DNA of 64,000 nucleotides from a bacterium (GTDB lineage: Bacteria; Patescibacteriota; Minisyncoccia; Phycocordibacterales; UBA5272), in contig JAHFNC010000002.1 of the NCBI GenBank assembly GCA_023267535.1, positions 55,426 to 119,425 on the forward strand, read 5' to 3'. The translations under genes were made by a program, and so were the position numbers. How positions within the stretch are numbered: position 1 is the stretch's first letter; every line of letters begins with the position of its first letter. The notes under the pieces were generated by a model, which had not been told where the DNA came from, did no database searches, and worked only from the letters and a program-made list of their open reading frames with translations. Shown here one piece after another: positions 51,540-62,119 of the stretch.

Positions 51540-52301
51540 ATGCGATTTGAAGATAAAGTAGCTAAGTTAAGAATAGAGAAGCACGGTGGTCGCGAGACTG
51601 CGGAGTTTTTAGCTGATGTTAAAAAAATGTTAGAAGGGGAAGCATTTGAATATTTAATGGGGGAAGTTGATTTCTGTGGAGCAAAAATCGATTTAAGTTT
51701 ACGACCAATGATTCCCAGAGAAGAATCAGAATTTTGGGTAGGGCAAGCGATAGAACAAATTAAAGAAGCAAGAAGCAAGAAGCAAGAAGTGGCACGCGGA
51801 AATGCTCCGCATTTCCGCGTGTTGGATTTATTTTCCGGTTCTGGAAATGTAGGACTCGCAATTCTAAAAAATATTTCTGATTCTATGGTTGATTTTATTG
51901 AATACGATTCTAAACTAAAAGAACAAATTGAAATTTCTATTGAGAAAAACAAAATAGATAAAAGTCGCACTAAGGTAATAACTGGGGATGTTTTTGCTGG
52001 AGCTGTCGGAAAATATGATTCTATTTTTGCCATTCCGCCTTATGTTCCACGGCAAATGAAAGAAGAAGTCATGAAAGAATTACACGCCGAGCCAGAACTT
52101 TCTTTTTTTGATAAAGAAGATGGATTCTTTTATATAAAAAAAGTTTTAAGCGAAGCAAAAAATTATTTGAATGAAAATGGAAATTTATTTATGGAATTTG
52201 ATATTACTCAAAAAGAAAAAATAGAAGAATTAGTAAAAAACAATGAACACTTGTATCTAAAAGATAATCATGGAAACGATTGTGCGGTTATGTTAAAATA
52301 A
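51540..52301 (+). CDS. prmC: HemK/PrmC family methyltransferase, divergent
   Basis: GEAFEYLMG, MIPREESE, VLDLFSGSG, IPPY in place of NPPY. Confidence 0.75.
   Translation: MRFEDKVAKLRIEKHGGRETAEFLADVKKMLEGEAFEYLMGEVDFCGAKIDLSLRPMIPREESEFWVGQAIEQIKEARSKKQEVARGNAPHFRVLDLFSGSGNVGLAILKNISDSMVDFIEYDSKLKEQIEISIEKNKIDKSRTKVITGDVFAGAVGKYDSIFAIPPYVPRQMKEEVMKELHAEPELSFFDKEDGFFYIKKVLSEAKNYLNENGNLFMEFDITQKEKIEELVKNNEHLYLKDNHGNDCAVMLK
51764..51823. repeat. In-frame heptamer array plus 13-bp hairpin inside prmC
   Basis: (agaagca)3 agaagt gg cacgcggaaatgc-tcc-gcatttccgcgtg. Confidence 0.8.
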
Positions 52302-52305
52302 TTTT

Positions 52306-52482
52306 ATGAAAAAATTTTGGAACACATTATCAAAGAGAGAAATACTATTTTTTATTTATGGTTTGATATTTGGTGTTTTTGCCTCAATTTATATTTTCTC
52401 AGCCCTTGTCCCAAATGGCGAACAAATGATTAAGCTTTATCATCTAGACCAAAACAAAAAGATACAAATTGATAGCAAATAA
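52306..52482 (+). CDS. Small membrane protein (58 aa)
   Basis: MKKFWNTLSKREILFFIYGLIFGVFASIYIFSALVPNGEQMIKLYHLDQNKKIQIDSK, 4 nt after the prmC stop. Confidence 0.6.
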   Translation: MKKFWNTLSKREILFFIYGLIFGVFASIYIFSALVPNGEQMIKLYHLDQNKKIQIDSK

Positions 52483-52526
52483 CTTTTAGTGTAGGCTACA
52501 AGTAGTTAGCACTTTGGAGAATAAAG

Positions 52527-52736
52527 ATGAATTTTAGAGCAAGAAGGGAATGGAAGCTTCGCTTATTTCAGCAACTTCATCAAAACGATGATCCAGATTG
52601 GCATCGTTCAAGTGGTGGCATACTTTGTGAATTGTGCGGTCTTCCGTATCGTAATCACTTGGCTGATGAAGAACATCCATTTTATGGAGACGGTCACGAC
52701 AAAAGGCTGTGTGACGGAAGAGTTGTTCATTTGTGA
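52527..52736 (+). CDS. Small hypothetical Cys/His-rich protein
   Basis: CELCG.PY..H...LCDG..VHL; GGAG SD. Confidence 0.65.
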   Translation: MNFRARREWKLRLFQQLHQNDDPDWHRSSGGILCELCGLPYRNHLADEEHPFYGDGHDKRLCDGRVVHL

Positions 52737-52751
52737 TGAAAGGAGATATTA

Positions 52752-53135
52752 ATGTTAAACATTATTCCTTTACCAAAAAGAAAAGTAAAGACTGGCCCAA
52801 GAGGGAAAGCTGTTATCTCTGTTGGTCAGACTTGGGTGGAGGTACATTCCACCCTTCGTTACAAAATTCGTAATATTTATTTTGAGAGAGGTACGAACAG
52901 AATAGTGTTTTCCAGAAAAAATGAAAAGAAAAAACACCTTTTTGATTTAGCTGAAAGAACTTTTCGCTACAGCTTTATGATTGAACCCAAATTTATAGAA
53001 TTTGAAAACGCATTAAGACAAAAACTTCAAGAAGAGATGGATAGGTTAGGATTATCTGAAGGGATGTGCGATTTTTTTGCTTTAAAGATAACTCCACCAT
53101 CAAAACGAAATAAAGGACTTAAGATTATTAAGTAA
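52752..53135 (+). CDS. Hypothetical protein
   Basis: 127 aa; AAGGAG SD. Confidence 0.65.
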   Translation: MLNIIPLPKRKVKTGPRGKAVISVGQTWVEVHSTLRYKIRNIYFERGTNRIVFSRKNEKKKHLFDLAERTFRYSFMIEPKFIEFENALRQKLQEEMDRLGLSEGMCDFFALKITPPSKRNKGLKIIK

Positions 53136-53225
53136 TGGAGCAATGCAATTGCTCCATTTTTATTATATTTACTTTTTTAAAAACTTGTTCTAGTATAAAA
53201 ATAGGTTCTTTAAATAGGGGAAACC

Positions 53226-53546
53226 ATGGACTCAATAATTTCAGTAGTAATCGCTGTTGGCCTCTTGGCTCTTATTTTTTTCTTGCCGATGGTGAGGATA
53301 CTCACAGAAAAATATTTGAATCAGTTTAGCCAAGAAGAAAAATACAAATGTTTGAGAAATCTTTTTGCTTTCAGCTTTGTTTTGTCGGTCTTAATCAAGC
53401 TATTTGCGACGCCGGACTTACCGAGCTTCTTTCTGGAGATGGCGGGAGTCCACGTCTCTTTGGCAATGCTTTTTTTGGTCCTTTTTCTTACCTTCGGCAC
53501 AGCCTATTTGTTTCTTGGGGTAATGGACAAAGCCCTGCATCCCTAG
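53226..53546 (+). CDS. Hypothetical 3-TM membrane protein
   Basis: AGGGG SD, three hydrophobic segments, hairpin at 53565-53598 after the stop. Confidence 0.65.
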   Translation: MDSIISVVIAVGLLALIFFLPMVRILTEKYLNQFSQEEKYKCLRNLFAFSFVLSVLIKLFATPDLPSFFLEMAGVHVSLAMLFLVLFLTFGTAYLFLGVMDKALHP

Positions 53547-53768
53547 CGGTTCAAAACCAATTGAAAAACCTCGTGATTTGCACGGGGTTTATTTTTTGCC
53601 ACGATTTTATAGTTTTACACAGAATTTTACTTGCTTTTCTATTTAAAGGTGATATAATTTGCGAACATTGACCTTTCTCCGATTGAGTTGTGATTCTAGG
53701 GCAATAATTTGCAAATTATTAAAAGGGAGTATCTTAAGTGACTCTTGTCACACTTTGTTATTTTTATT

Positions 53769-56700
53769 ATGCCAAAAACAAAGCCGTTGCCAGTAAAGAC
53801 TTTCTCTAAATACAGAGAACCTCTTACCAAATTACCAAACCTAGTTGAAAATCAAATATTTTCATATAAAGATTTAACAGAAAAAGGATTGGTGGAAATT
53901 TTTAAGGAATTTTCTCCAATGAAAGACTATTCGGAGAAGAAGTTTGAACTAGAATTCGTTTCTTTCGAACTATCTGCTCCAAAGCATGACGAAGTTTATG
54001 TTAAGGAAAACAAATTAACATACGATGCACCACTTAGAGCTAGAGTAAAGCTAACTAATAAGATTTTAAATACAGTAAAGGAGCAAGAAATCTTCATGGC
54101 TGATTTCCCTTTGATGACTGTTCACGGAACATTCATTATAAACGGAGTAGAAAGAGTCGTTGTTCCACAGCTTGCCCGTTCGTTCGGTGTTTTCTTTGAT
54201 TCAGAAGAAATAAAAGGAAAAAGATATTTCGGAGCGAAGATTATTCCTTCTCGTGGAGTTTGGATTGAAATAGGAACAGAATCAGACGGAGGTATGGTGG
54301 TAAGAATTGATAAAAAGAGAAAATTCTCTCTAGTGGCTTTGATGCGCGTCTTTGGTTTGGCGACTGACGAACAAATAAAAAATGCTTTCTCTAAGTATGA
54401 AAAGTCTTCAAAAACAATTGCAACTATCCTAGAATCTGACGAAGTTAAAACAATACACGATGCTTATGTAGAAATTTACAGAAGACTTCGTGACGGTGAT
54501 TTGGCTACCCCTGAAAACGCAAAAGAGTATATAGATACAATACTTTCTGCCGAAAGATACGACCTTTCTCCTGTTGGACGTTTCCGTTTTAATAAGAGAT
54601 TTGGCAAGCCAACTGATGCTAAAGAAACACAAAAAAGAGTTTTAACTAAAGAAGATTTGGTTGAGATTATTAATCACATCATTGAACTTAACAATAATCC
54701 AAACGCCGAAGAAGATGATATTGACCACCTTGGATCACGTCGTGTCAGATATGTGGGAGAAATGATGTCGATGAAGATTAGAACCGGTATGATGCAGATG
54801 AAGAGAAATATTCAAGACAAAATGTCAGTTATTGATACCGACACAAGTCTTCCAATCGCTATCATCAACCAAAGACCGCTTCAAGCTCGTATTAAGGAAT
54901 TCTTTACAACCAACCAACTATCACAGTTTATGTTGCAAGAAAACCTACTTGCTGAAGTTGAACACTTAAGAACACTTTCTGCCCTCGGTCCCGGCGGTCT
55001 TACTCGTGAAAGAGCTGGATTTGAAGTTCGTGACGTTCACACATCTCACTATGGTCGTGTTTGTCCAATTCACACACCAGAAGGACCAAACATCGGTCTT
55101 ATTTTGCGTCTTTCAAATTACGCCAGAATAAATGATTTTGGAATTATTGAAACTCCTTATGTAAAAGTTGAAAAAGGAAAGATAACAAAAGAAATTATTT
55201 ATCTAAACGCTCTTGAAGAAGAAAAATATATTATCGCTCACGCTGGAAATAAATACGATGACGATGGAAAGTTTATAAATAAAGAAATTGAAGTTAGAAA
55301 AGTTGGACAACCAGCTCTTGTCCCAAGGGACGAAGTAGATTTCATTGATGTGGCTACTAACCAAGCATTTTCTGTGGCTACTTCTATGATTCCATTTTTG
55401 GAACACGATGACGCTTCTCGCGCACTGATGGGTTCAAACATGCAGAAACAAGCGGTTCCACTTATGTGTCCAGAAGCTCCTGTTGTCGCAACCGGTATGG
55501 AAAAAGAAGCCGCAAAGGACATCGGAAGATTGGTTATTGCAGAAGAGGCAGGAGAAGTGAAGTATGTGGATGCAAAGAAAATTGTTGTTAAGGAAGACAA
55601 GAAAGACAGAGAATATCCTCTAATAAACTTCGCCAGAACAAACGCTTTCAATATTTTCCACCAAAGACCTATTGTTTCTCTTGGAGATAAAGTTAAGAAA
55701 GGACAAGTTATGGGAGATGCAGCAACATCAGACCACGGACAAATTGCACTTGGTCACAATGTGACCGTAGCTTTTATGTCTTGGAACGGTGCTAACTATG
55801 AAGACGCCATTATTCTTTCAGAAAAATTAGTTCGTGATAGTAAGTTCTCATCAATTCACATTGAAGAATTCGTTTGTAATGTTCGTGATACAAAGCTAGG
55901 AGCTGAAGTCACAACACACGATATTCCAAACGTTGGTGAAGGAAAATTAAAGAATCTAGATGAAGACGGAATTATCAGAATCGGAGCAGAAATTCGTCCA
56001 GGAGATATTCTTGTTGGTAAAATTACACCAAAGGGTGAGACAGAATTAACTCCAGAAGAAAGATTACTTCGTTCTATTTTCGGTGAGAAAGTTCGTGATG
56101 TTAAAGATTCTTCACTTAGATTGGACAACGGAAAGAGAGGTCGTGTTATCGGTGTAAAAGTTTTCTCTCGTGAAAGAGGTGATCAGCTAGAGTCTGGAAT
56201 CATAAAAAGAATTCACGTGGAAGTTGCTCAAATCAGAAATATTTCTGTGGGTGACAAGTTAGCTGGAAGACACGGAAACAAAGGAGTTATTTCAACAATA
56301 TTACCAGAAGAAGAAATGCCTTACATGGCAGACGGAACTCCTGTTGATGTAATTCTTACACCACTTGGTGTGCCATCTCGTATGAACCTAGGACAAATTC
56401 TTGAAATGCATTTGGGTCTTGCAGCTAAGACACTTAATTATCAAGCTGTGGTGCCATCATTCCAAGGAGCAACTGAAACAGAAATTAAAGAAGAGCTTGT
56501 TAAGGCTGGATTTAAGGAATCAGGAACAATGCAATTATATGACGGACGCACAGGAGAAGCCTTTGATAAGGAAACCGCTGTTGGTGTTATGTACATAATG
56601 AAACTTCACCATATGGTGGAAGACAAGATTCACATGAGATCAATCGGTCCTTACTCTTTAATTACACAGCAACCTTTAGGTGGAAAGGCTCAAGGCGGAG

Positions 56701-56969
56701 GACAGAGATTCGGGGAAATGGAAGTTTGGGCTCTTGAAGGTTATGGTGCGTCACACATTTTGCGTGAGATGCTAACAGTGAAGTCAGACGATATCGTCGG
56801 TCGTTCACAAGCTTTTGATTCTATTATTAAAGGTGAAAATGTTAAAGAACCAAATACACCAGCTTCATTTACAGTTATGTTAAACACACTTCGTGGACTT
56901 GCGCTGGATGTTATTCCGACCAAGAAAGAAACTGTTAAAGAAGAATTATTAGGTGAGGGAACAATTTAA
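53769..56969 (+). CDS. rpoB: RNA polymerase beta subunit
   Basis: GTFIINGVERV, GDKLAGRHGNKG, GGQRFGEMEVWALE. Start set at ATG 53769. Confidence 0.98.
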   Translation: MPKTKPLPVKTFSKYREPLTKLPNLVENQIFSYKDLTEKGLVEIFKEFSPMKDYSEKKFELEFVSFELSAPKHDEVYVKENKLTYDAPLRARVKLTNKILNTVKEQEIFMADFPLMTVHGTFIINGVERVVVPQLARSFGVFFDSEEIKGKRYFGAKIIPSRGVWIEIGTESDGGMVVRIDKKRKFSLVALMRVFGLATDEQIKNAFSKYEKSSKTIATILESDEVKTIHDAYVEIYRRLRDGDLATPENAKEYIDTILSAERYDLSPVGRFRFNKRFGKPTDAKETQKRVLTKEDLVEIINHIIELNNNPNAEEDDIDHLGSRRVRYVGEMMSMKIRTGMMQMKRNIQDKMSVIDTDTSLPIAIINQRPLQARIKEFFTTNQLSQFMLQENLLAEVEHLRTLSALGPGGLTRERAGFEVRDVHTSHYGRVCPIHTPEGPNIGLILRLSNYARINDFGIIETPYVKVEKGKITKEIIYLNALEEEKYIIAHAGNKYDDDGKFINKEIEVRKVGQPALVPRDEVDFIDVATNQAFSVATSMIPFLEHDDASRALMGSNMQKQAVPLMCPEAPVVATGMEKEAAKDIGRLVIAEEAGEVKYVDAKKIVVKEDKKDREYPLINFARTNAFNIFHQRPIVSLGDKVKKGQVMGDAATSDHGQIALGHNVTVAFMSWNGANYEDAIILSEKLVRDSKFSSIHIEEFVCNVRDTKLGAEVTTHDIPNVGEGKLKNLDEDGIIRIGAEIRPGDILVGKITPKGETELTPEERLLRSIFGEKVRDVKDSSLRLDNGKRGRVIGVKVFSRERGDQLESGIIKRIHVEVAQIRNISVGDKLAGRHGNKGVISTILPEEEMPYMADGTPVDVILTPLGVPSRMNLGQILEMHLGLAAKTLNYQAVVPSFQGATETEIKEELVKAGFKESGTMQLYDGRTGEAFDKETAVGVMYIMKLHHMVEDKIHMRSIGPYSLITQQPLGGKAQGGGQRFGEMEVWALEGYGASHILREMLTVKSDDIVGRSQAFDSIIKGENVKEPNTPASFTVMLNTLRGLALDVIPTKKETVKEELLGEGTI

Positions 56970-56995
56970 TTATTCGTTATTTAATCATTAAAACT

Positions 56996-59900
56996 ATGAA
57001 AACAATAGACACAACAAACTTTGATGCATTGGCAATCAAAATCGCTTCCGGAGAAGCAATCAAATCATGGTCATATGGCGAAGTAACGAAGCCAGAAACC
57101 ATCAACTACAGAACTGGTCGTTCAGAACGATACGGACTATTTGACGAAAGAATTTTCGGTCCAGAAAAAGATTACGAATGTTATTGCGGAAAATATCGTC
57201 GTATTCGTTATAAGGATATTATTTGTGAGAAGTGTGGAGTGGAAGTTACAAAATCAATTGTTCGTCGTGAGAGAATGGGACACATTGAACTTGCCTCACC
57301 AGTATCACACATCTGGTTCTTAAGAACTGTTCCTTCTAGAATCTCAGCTATTTTATATGCTCCAGTTTCTGAAGTTGAAAGAGTGGTTTACTTTGCTAGT
57401 TATATTATTAAATCAGTAAACGAAACTGCTAAGGAAGAAATACTTCGTAATCTGGACAGTGAATTTAAAGCTAAGATAAAGTCAGCATCTGATGAAAAAA
57501 CTCAAGATAAATTAAGAGACTTACTTGTTGGAGCCAAGAAAGAAATTGCAGAAATTCGTCCATGGAAAATCTTAGACGAAATGACATATCACAGATATTC
57601 TCTAAAATATGGAACTTGTTTTGAAGCTGGAATCGGAGCTGAAGCAATTTACGATATTTTTAAGACAATTGATTTGAAAGATTTGGAAGTGAAGATAGTG
57701 GCACAACTTGCCAAGGTTGGAAATCTTGAAAAAGAAAAAGTAGAAAAGAGACTTTCTCTTGTTAGAGCTTTCATCAATGCTGGTATTCGTCCAGAGTGGA
57801 TGTTCTTAACAGTTATTCCAGTTATTCCTCCAGGAATCAGACCTATGGTTGCTCTTGAAGGTGGAAGATATGCTGCGTCTGATGTAAACGATCTTTATCG
57901 TCGTGTTATTAACAGAAATAATCGTTTGAAGAAATTAAAGGAAATCGGAGCACCAGATGTTATTTTGAGAAATGAAAAAAGAATTCTTCAAGAAGCGGTA
58001 GATGCTCTTATTGATAACACTGCTCGTCATGGACAAGGAGCTGTTATGAGTCAGTCACAAAAGAGACAATTGAAATCTCTATCAGATAACTTGAAAGGAA
58101 AGCAAGGACTTCTTCGTGGAAATTTGCTTGGAAAGCGTGTGGATTATTCTGCTCGTTCAGTTATTGTTATCGGAGCACAACTTGCTCTTAATGAGTGTGG
58201 ACTTCCAAAGCATATGGCTCTTGAACTATTCAAACCGTTTGTTATTTCTAAATTACTTGAAAGAGAATTAGCTTTTAACATTCGTGGTGCCAACAAATTG
58301 ATTGAAGACAGTATTCCAGAAGTTTGGGCAATTCTAGAAGAATGTATTGAAGGAAAATATGTTTTGCTTAACCGTGCGCCAACACTTCACAGACTAGGTA
58401 TTCAAGCTTTCAACCCAAGACTTATTGAAGGAAATGCTATTCAACTTCACCCACTTGTTTGTCAAGCTTTCAACGCTGACTTCGACGGAGACCAAATGGC
58501 TGTTCACTTACCACTATCTGTGGAAGCTCAAGAAGAAGCAAGAACACTTATGGCTGCAAATAGAAACTTATTAAAGCCAGGTTCTGGAGATTCTATTGTT
58601 AATCCAAGAATGGATATGGTGCTCGGTGTGTATTGGATGACCAAGGAAATTTCTGGAGAAAAAGGAGAAGGAAAATATTTTGCTTCACCAAATGAAGCTA
58701 TTACCGCATATGACTTCGGATTAGTATCATTTCGTGCCAAGATAAAAGTTTTGCCAACCGATAAGCCAAAGTACGCAAAGTTTGATAATAAGGCTTTTGA
58801 AACAACTGTTGGGAAACTTTTGTTTAACTCAGTTTTGCCAAGTGATTTTCCATTTATAACTGAAGAAGTTAACGGTAAGAAGATGAATTCAATTGTCGAT
58901 GAAGTTATTCTTACTTATGGACTTGAGACTGCACCTAAAGTTATTGATAAAATTAAAACTTTCGGTTACAAGTACGCGACAGTTTCTGGAACAACTTGGA
59001 ATATTGACGCTGTTAAAGTTCCAAAAGAAAAAACTGAATTAGTGAAGGAAGGATGGGTAACCGCTGGAACAGTTGATGCTGATTTCGCAGACGGTCTTCT
59101 TTCGGAAGAAGAGAGATACGAAAAGACAATTGAGAATTGGCAAATAGTTCGTCAAAAGCTTGAAAAGTTAATTCCAGAAACTTTGGAAAAACACAATTCA
59201 GTTTATGATTTGATTACATCAGGTGCTAGAGGAAGTATTGCTCAGGTTATTCAAATGTCAGGTATGAAAGGTATTATTGTGAACAACTCAGGACGCAACA
59301 TCGACTTCCCAGTTATTTCTTCTTACAAGGAAGGATTAACGCCACTTGAATACTTCATTACAACTTATGGTGCTCGTAAAGGTAACTCTGACACCGCGCT
59401 TAAGACTGCTCAAGCTGGATATCTAACCAGAAGACTGGTGGATGTGGCACAAGACGCTATTATTAGAGAAGAAGATTGTGGAACAAGCGAATACAAGACA
59501 GTTCGTACAGAAAATGCTCTTGGTATTGAAGTTCCAATTTCAAAAAATGTTCGTGGACGCATAATCGCCGAAGATATTGTTGTTAATGGAAGTGTGATGT
59601 TTAAGAAAAATAGTTTACTAAGCAAAGATGACGCCGTTGAAGTTGAAAAGGCTGGCGTATCTGAAGTAAAAGTATTTTCTCCACTTACTTGTAAAGCAAT
59701 TCACGGTATTTGTAGAAAGTGTTACGGACTAGATATGGGACGCAATGAGAAGGTAAAATTGGGCGAAGCAGTGGGTATTGTGGCAGCGCAAGCTATCGGT
59801 GAACCAGGAACTCAGCTTACTATGCGTACCTTCCACGCCGGAGGTGTGGCTGGAACTGACATCACACAAGGTCTTCCTCGTGTCGAAGAAATCTTCGAAC

Positions 59901-60598
59901 GCCGTGCTCCAAAGAATCCTGCAATTATCGCCCACGAATCAGGTGAAGTATTTAGTATCAAAGAAGAAGGAAAAGAAAAGATTATGATGATTCTTGCCGA
60001 TGATGATGGATCAAAGGGAAATAAGAGCGGAAAGCAAATTGAATATACTATTCCTTATCGCCGTCAACCAATCGTTAAAGTTGGTGAAAGAGTTGAAAGA
60101 GGTCAAATGATGACTGACGGTTCTTGTGATATTGATGAACTGTTTACTTATGCTGGAAAAGAAGTTGCTGAGGAATACATTGTTTCTGAAATAAACAAAG
60201 TTTATGAATTACAAGGTGCAAGTATTTCTCGTAAGCACGTGGAAGTTATCATCAAGCAAATGTTTGGTCGTATCAAAATTACAAATCCAGGAGACACAAG
60301 ATTTACTCAAGGAGATGTTGTTGAATATTCAACATTTAGGATAGAAAATATTGCTACCAAGAAAATTGATGGCACAGAAGCTAAGGGAAGAAATCTTGTA
60401 TTAGGTATCACAGATGTGGCTTTATCTACTGCATCATGGTTATCTTCAGCTTCATTCCAAAATACTACAAGAGTGTTAATTACAGCATCTACTAGGGGAC
60501 AAATTGATAACCTTCGTGGTCTAAAAGAAAACGTTATTATCGGAAGACTTATTCCAGCTGGAACTGGTATAAGAAAGAAAGATGAAAAAGCAGAATAA
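56996..60598 (+). CDS. rpoC: RNA polymerase beta' subunit
   Basis: KPETINYRT, Zn finger, NADFDGD, GEPGTQLTMRTFH. Confidence 0.98.
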   Translation: MKTIDTTNFDALAIKIASGEAIKSWSYGEVTKPETINYRTGRSERYGLFDERIFGPEKDYECYCGKYRRIRYKDIICEKCGVEVTKSIVRRERMGHIELASPVSHIWFLRTVPSRISAILYAPVSEVERVVYFASYIIKSVNETAKEEILRNLDSEFKAKIKSASDEKTQDKLRDLLVGAKKEIAEIRPWKILDEMTYHRYSLKYGTCFEAGIGAEAIYDIFKTIDLKDLEVKIVAQLAKVGNLEKEKVEKRLSLVRAFINAGIRPEWMFLTVIPVIPPGIRPMVALEGGRYAASDVNDLYRRVINRNNRLKKLKEIGAPDVILRNEKRILQEAVDALIDNTARHGQGAVMSQSQKRQLKSLSDNLKGKQGLLRGNLLGKRVDYSARSVIVIGAQLALNECGLPKHMALELFKPFVISKLLERELAFNIRGANKLIEDSIPEVWAILEECIEGKYVLLNRAPTLHRLGIQAFNPRLIEGNAIQLHPLVCQAFNADFDGDQMAVHLPLSVEAQEEARTLMAANRNLLKPGSGDSIVNPRMDMVLGVYWMTKEISGEKGEGKYFASPNEAITAYDFGLVSFRAKIKVLPTDKPKYAKFDNKAFETTVGKLLFNSVLPSDFPFITEEVNGKKMNSIVDEVILTYGLETAPKVIDKIKTFGYKYATVSGTTWNIDAVKVPKEKTELVKEGWVTAGTVDADFADGLLSEEERYEKTIENWQIVRQKLEKLIPETLEKHNSVYDLITSGARGSIAQVIQMSGMKGIIVNNSGRNIDFPVISSYKEGLTPLEYFITTYGARKGNSDTALKTAQAGYLTRRLVDVAQDAIIREEDCGTSEYKTVRTENALGIEVPISKNVRGRIIAEDIVVNGSVMFKKNSLLSKDDAVEVEKAGVSEVKVFSPLTCKAIHGICRKCYGLDMGRNEKVKLGEAVGIVAAQAIGEPGTQLTMRTFHAGGVAGTDITQGLPRVEEIFERRAPKNPAIIAHESGEVFSIKEEGKEKIMMILADDDGSKGNKSGKQIEYTIPYRRQPIVKVGERVERGQMMTDGSCDIDELFTYAGKEVAEEYIVSEINKVYELQGASISRKHVEVIIKQMFGRIKITNPGDTRFTQGDVVEYSTFRIENIATKKIDGTEAKGRNLVLGITDVALSTASWLSSASFQNTTRVLITASTRGQIDNLRGLKENVIIGRLIPAGTGIRKKDEKAE

Positions 60599-60637
60599 TC
60601 TTTTGAAATAAAAGTTTTATAAAAGACACATAAAGAC

Positions 60638-60672
60638 AAAAACAAGCGCGACATATGTCGCGCTTGTTTTTT
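60638..60672 (+). terminator. Intrinsic terminator after rpoC
   Basis: aaaaacaagcgcgac-atat-gtcgcgcttgtttttt. Confidence 0.85.
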
Positions 60673-60747
60673 AATTGACGTAAATTTATATAAAGAATAC
60701 AATGTTAGCATCGTTAGTTGTTATCTATTATTTAGTAATTAAAATTT

Positions 60748-62034
60748 ATGAATATTAATAAAAATTTATTTCGTTTTATTTTATCAATCTTTGGTGTTTT
60801 ACTTTTTGCAAACACAGCAAATGCGTTAAATGATTTCTCAATCACAGCTCCAGCTGGAGGAGAAATTTGGGGAGGAGTTCGCGATATTAATTGGACAAAC
60901 TCTTCTTCTACACAATCATTAGACTTCATACTTGTTTCTTCTATTTTTACAGCCACAAATACTCTTAACCCAGGACCTGGAACAATAAACACTGGAACAT
61001 ATAGCTTTAATACTCCAAATGTTGGAGGTCCTATTGCTGACGGTTCATACAAATTTATAATTCAAGATCATAACGACCCAACACTTGTTGAAGTCTCAAA
61101 TACTTTCGTCATAGATAACACTGCTCCGACCGTTTCTCTTTCTACAGCCACACAGGTATCTACAACTTCAACAATCACAATTGTCGGAACAGTTTCAGAT
61201 GCTCATATTTCATCTGGTGCTTTAGTTACAATCACTGGCGGAGTAGCGACGGCAACAGGGACAGCTAGCACATCAGGAGATTTCAGTATTACAGTAACTC
61301 TTAACCAAAATGCAACAACTACAGTTTCAGTTACAGCAACAGATGTTGCAGGAAATGTTTCAAATGCATCAACAGTTGATATAAGTTATTATTTGCCACC
61401 AACAGCTACTGTCCCTTCAGGAACTTATGCTGCCGGATTTCTTCTTGAGCTTTCAGCCACACCAGGAAGTGTGTATTATACAACAGATGGAACTGACCCA
61501 ACTTGTGCCACAGGAACTCTTTACACGGATTTTATTAAAGTTCTATCCAATCAAACTGTAAAAGCCATTGGATGTTATTCAGGAGCGCAATCTACTGTTT
61601 CTACTTTTGATTATGTTGTTAATATCGGCGGTGGAAATGGATCAGGTGGTGGAGGCGGTGGGGGAGGTTCATCAGCACCAGCGCCAGCTCCAGTTTCAAA
61701 CACAGACACTACACAATTTTATTCAAACCAAACTACAAACACTCCGGTATTAACACCACAACAAACAAGTAATCAAACTCCACAAGGACAAGTTTTAGGT
61801 GCTGTTGCTTATAATTTTACTAAAGATTTGAAAGTTGGACAGACTAGTACAAGTGTCACTGAACTCCAAAAAATGCTTATAGAACAAGGGTTTTTGAGTG
61901 CAAAAGCTACTGGGTATTTCGGAGCTCTAACAAAGACGGCACTTATGAAGTTACAAAAGAAAAATAATCTTCCAGCTACTGGATTCTTTGGTCCAATGAC
62001 AAGAGCTTTAGTTAACAAAACAAACTTTAGGTAA
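60748..62034 (+). CDS. Secreted Ig-like / Fn3-associated (YYTTDGTDP) protein with a C-terminal peptidoglycan-binding domain
   Basis: Signal peptide, DNTAP, ATDVAGN, YYTTDGTDP, LQKML...TGYFGALTKTAL. Confidence 0.8.
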   Translation: MNINKNLFRFILSIFGVLLFANTANALNDFSITAPAGGEIWGGVRDINWTNSSSTQSLDFILVSSIFTATNTLNPGPGTINTGTYSFNTPNVGGPIADGSYKFIIQDHNDPTLVEVSNTFVIDNTAPTVSLSTATQVSTTSTITIVGTVSDAHISSGALVTITGGVATATGTASTSGDFSITVTLNQNATTTVSVTATDVAGNVSNASTVDISYYLPPTATVPSGTYAAGFLLELSATPGSVYYTTDGTDPTCATGTLYTDFIKVLSNQTVKAIGCYSGAQSTVSTFDYVVNIGGGNGSGGGGGGGGSSAPAPAPVSNTDTTQFYSNQTTNTPVLTPQQTSNQTPQGQVLGAVAYNFTKDLKVGQTSTSVTELQKMLIEQGFLSAKATGYFGALTKTALMKLQKKNNLPATGFFGPMTRALVNKTNFR

Positions 62035-62046
62035 AAATTAAAACTA

Positions 62047-62092
62047 AAATTCAAAAAACAATCCGCCTTCGGCGGATTGTTTTTTGAATTTT
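62047..62092 (+). terminator. Intrinsic terminator (long palindrome)
   Basis: aaaattcaaaaaacaatccgcc-ttc-ggcggattgttttttgaatttt. Confidence 0.8.
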
Positions 62093-62119
62093 GTTTAACA
62101 AAAAGGTATAATATATCTT

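Noticed and set aside
53769-60598. Inteins or introns in rpoB/rpoC (also checked gyrA)
   Set aside because: The ORFs are continuous and compact, with no intein motifs or large insertions evident.
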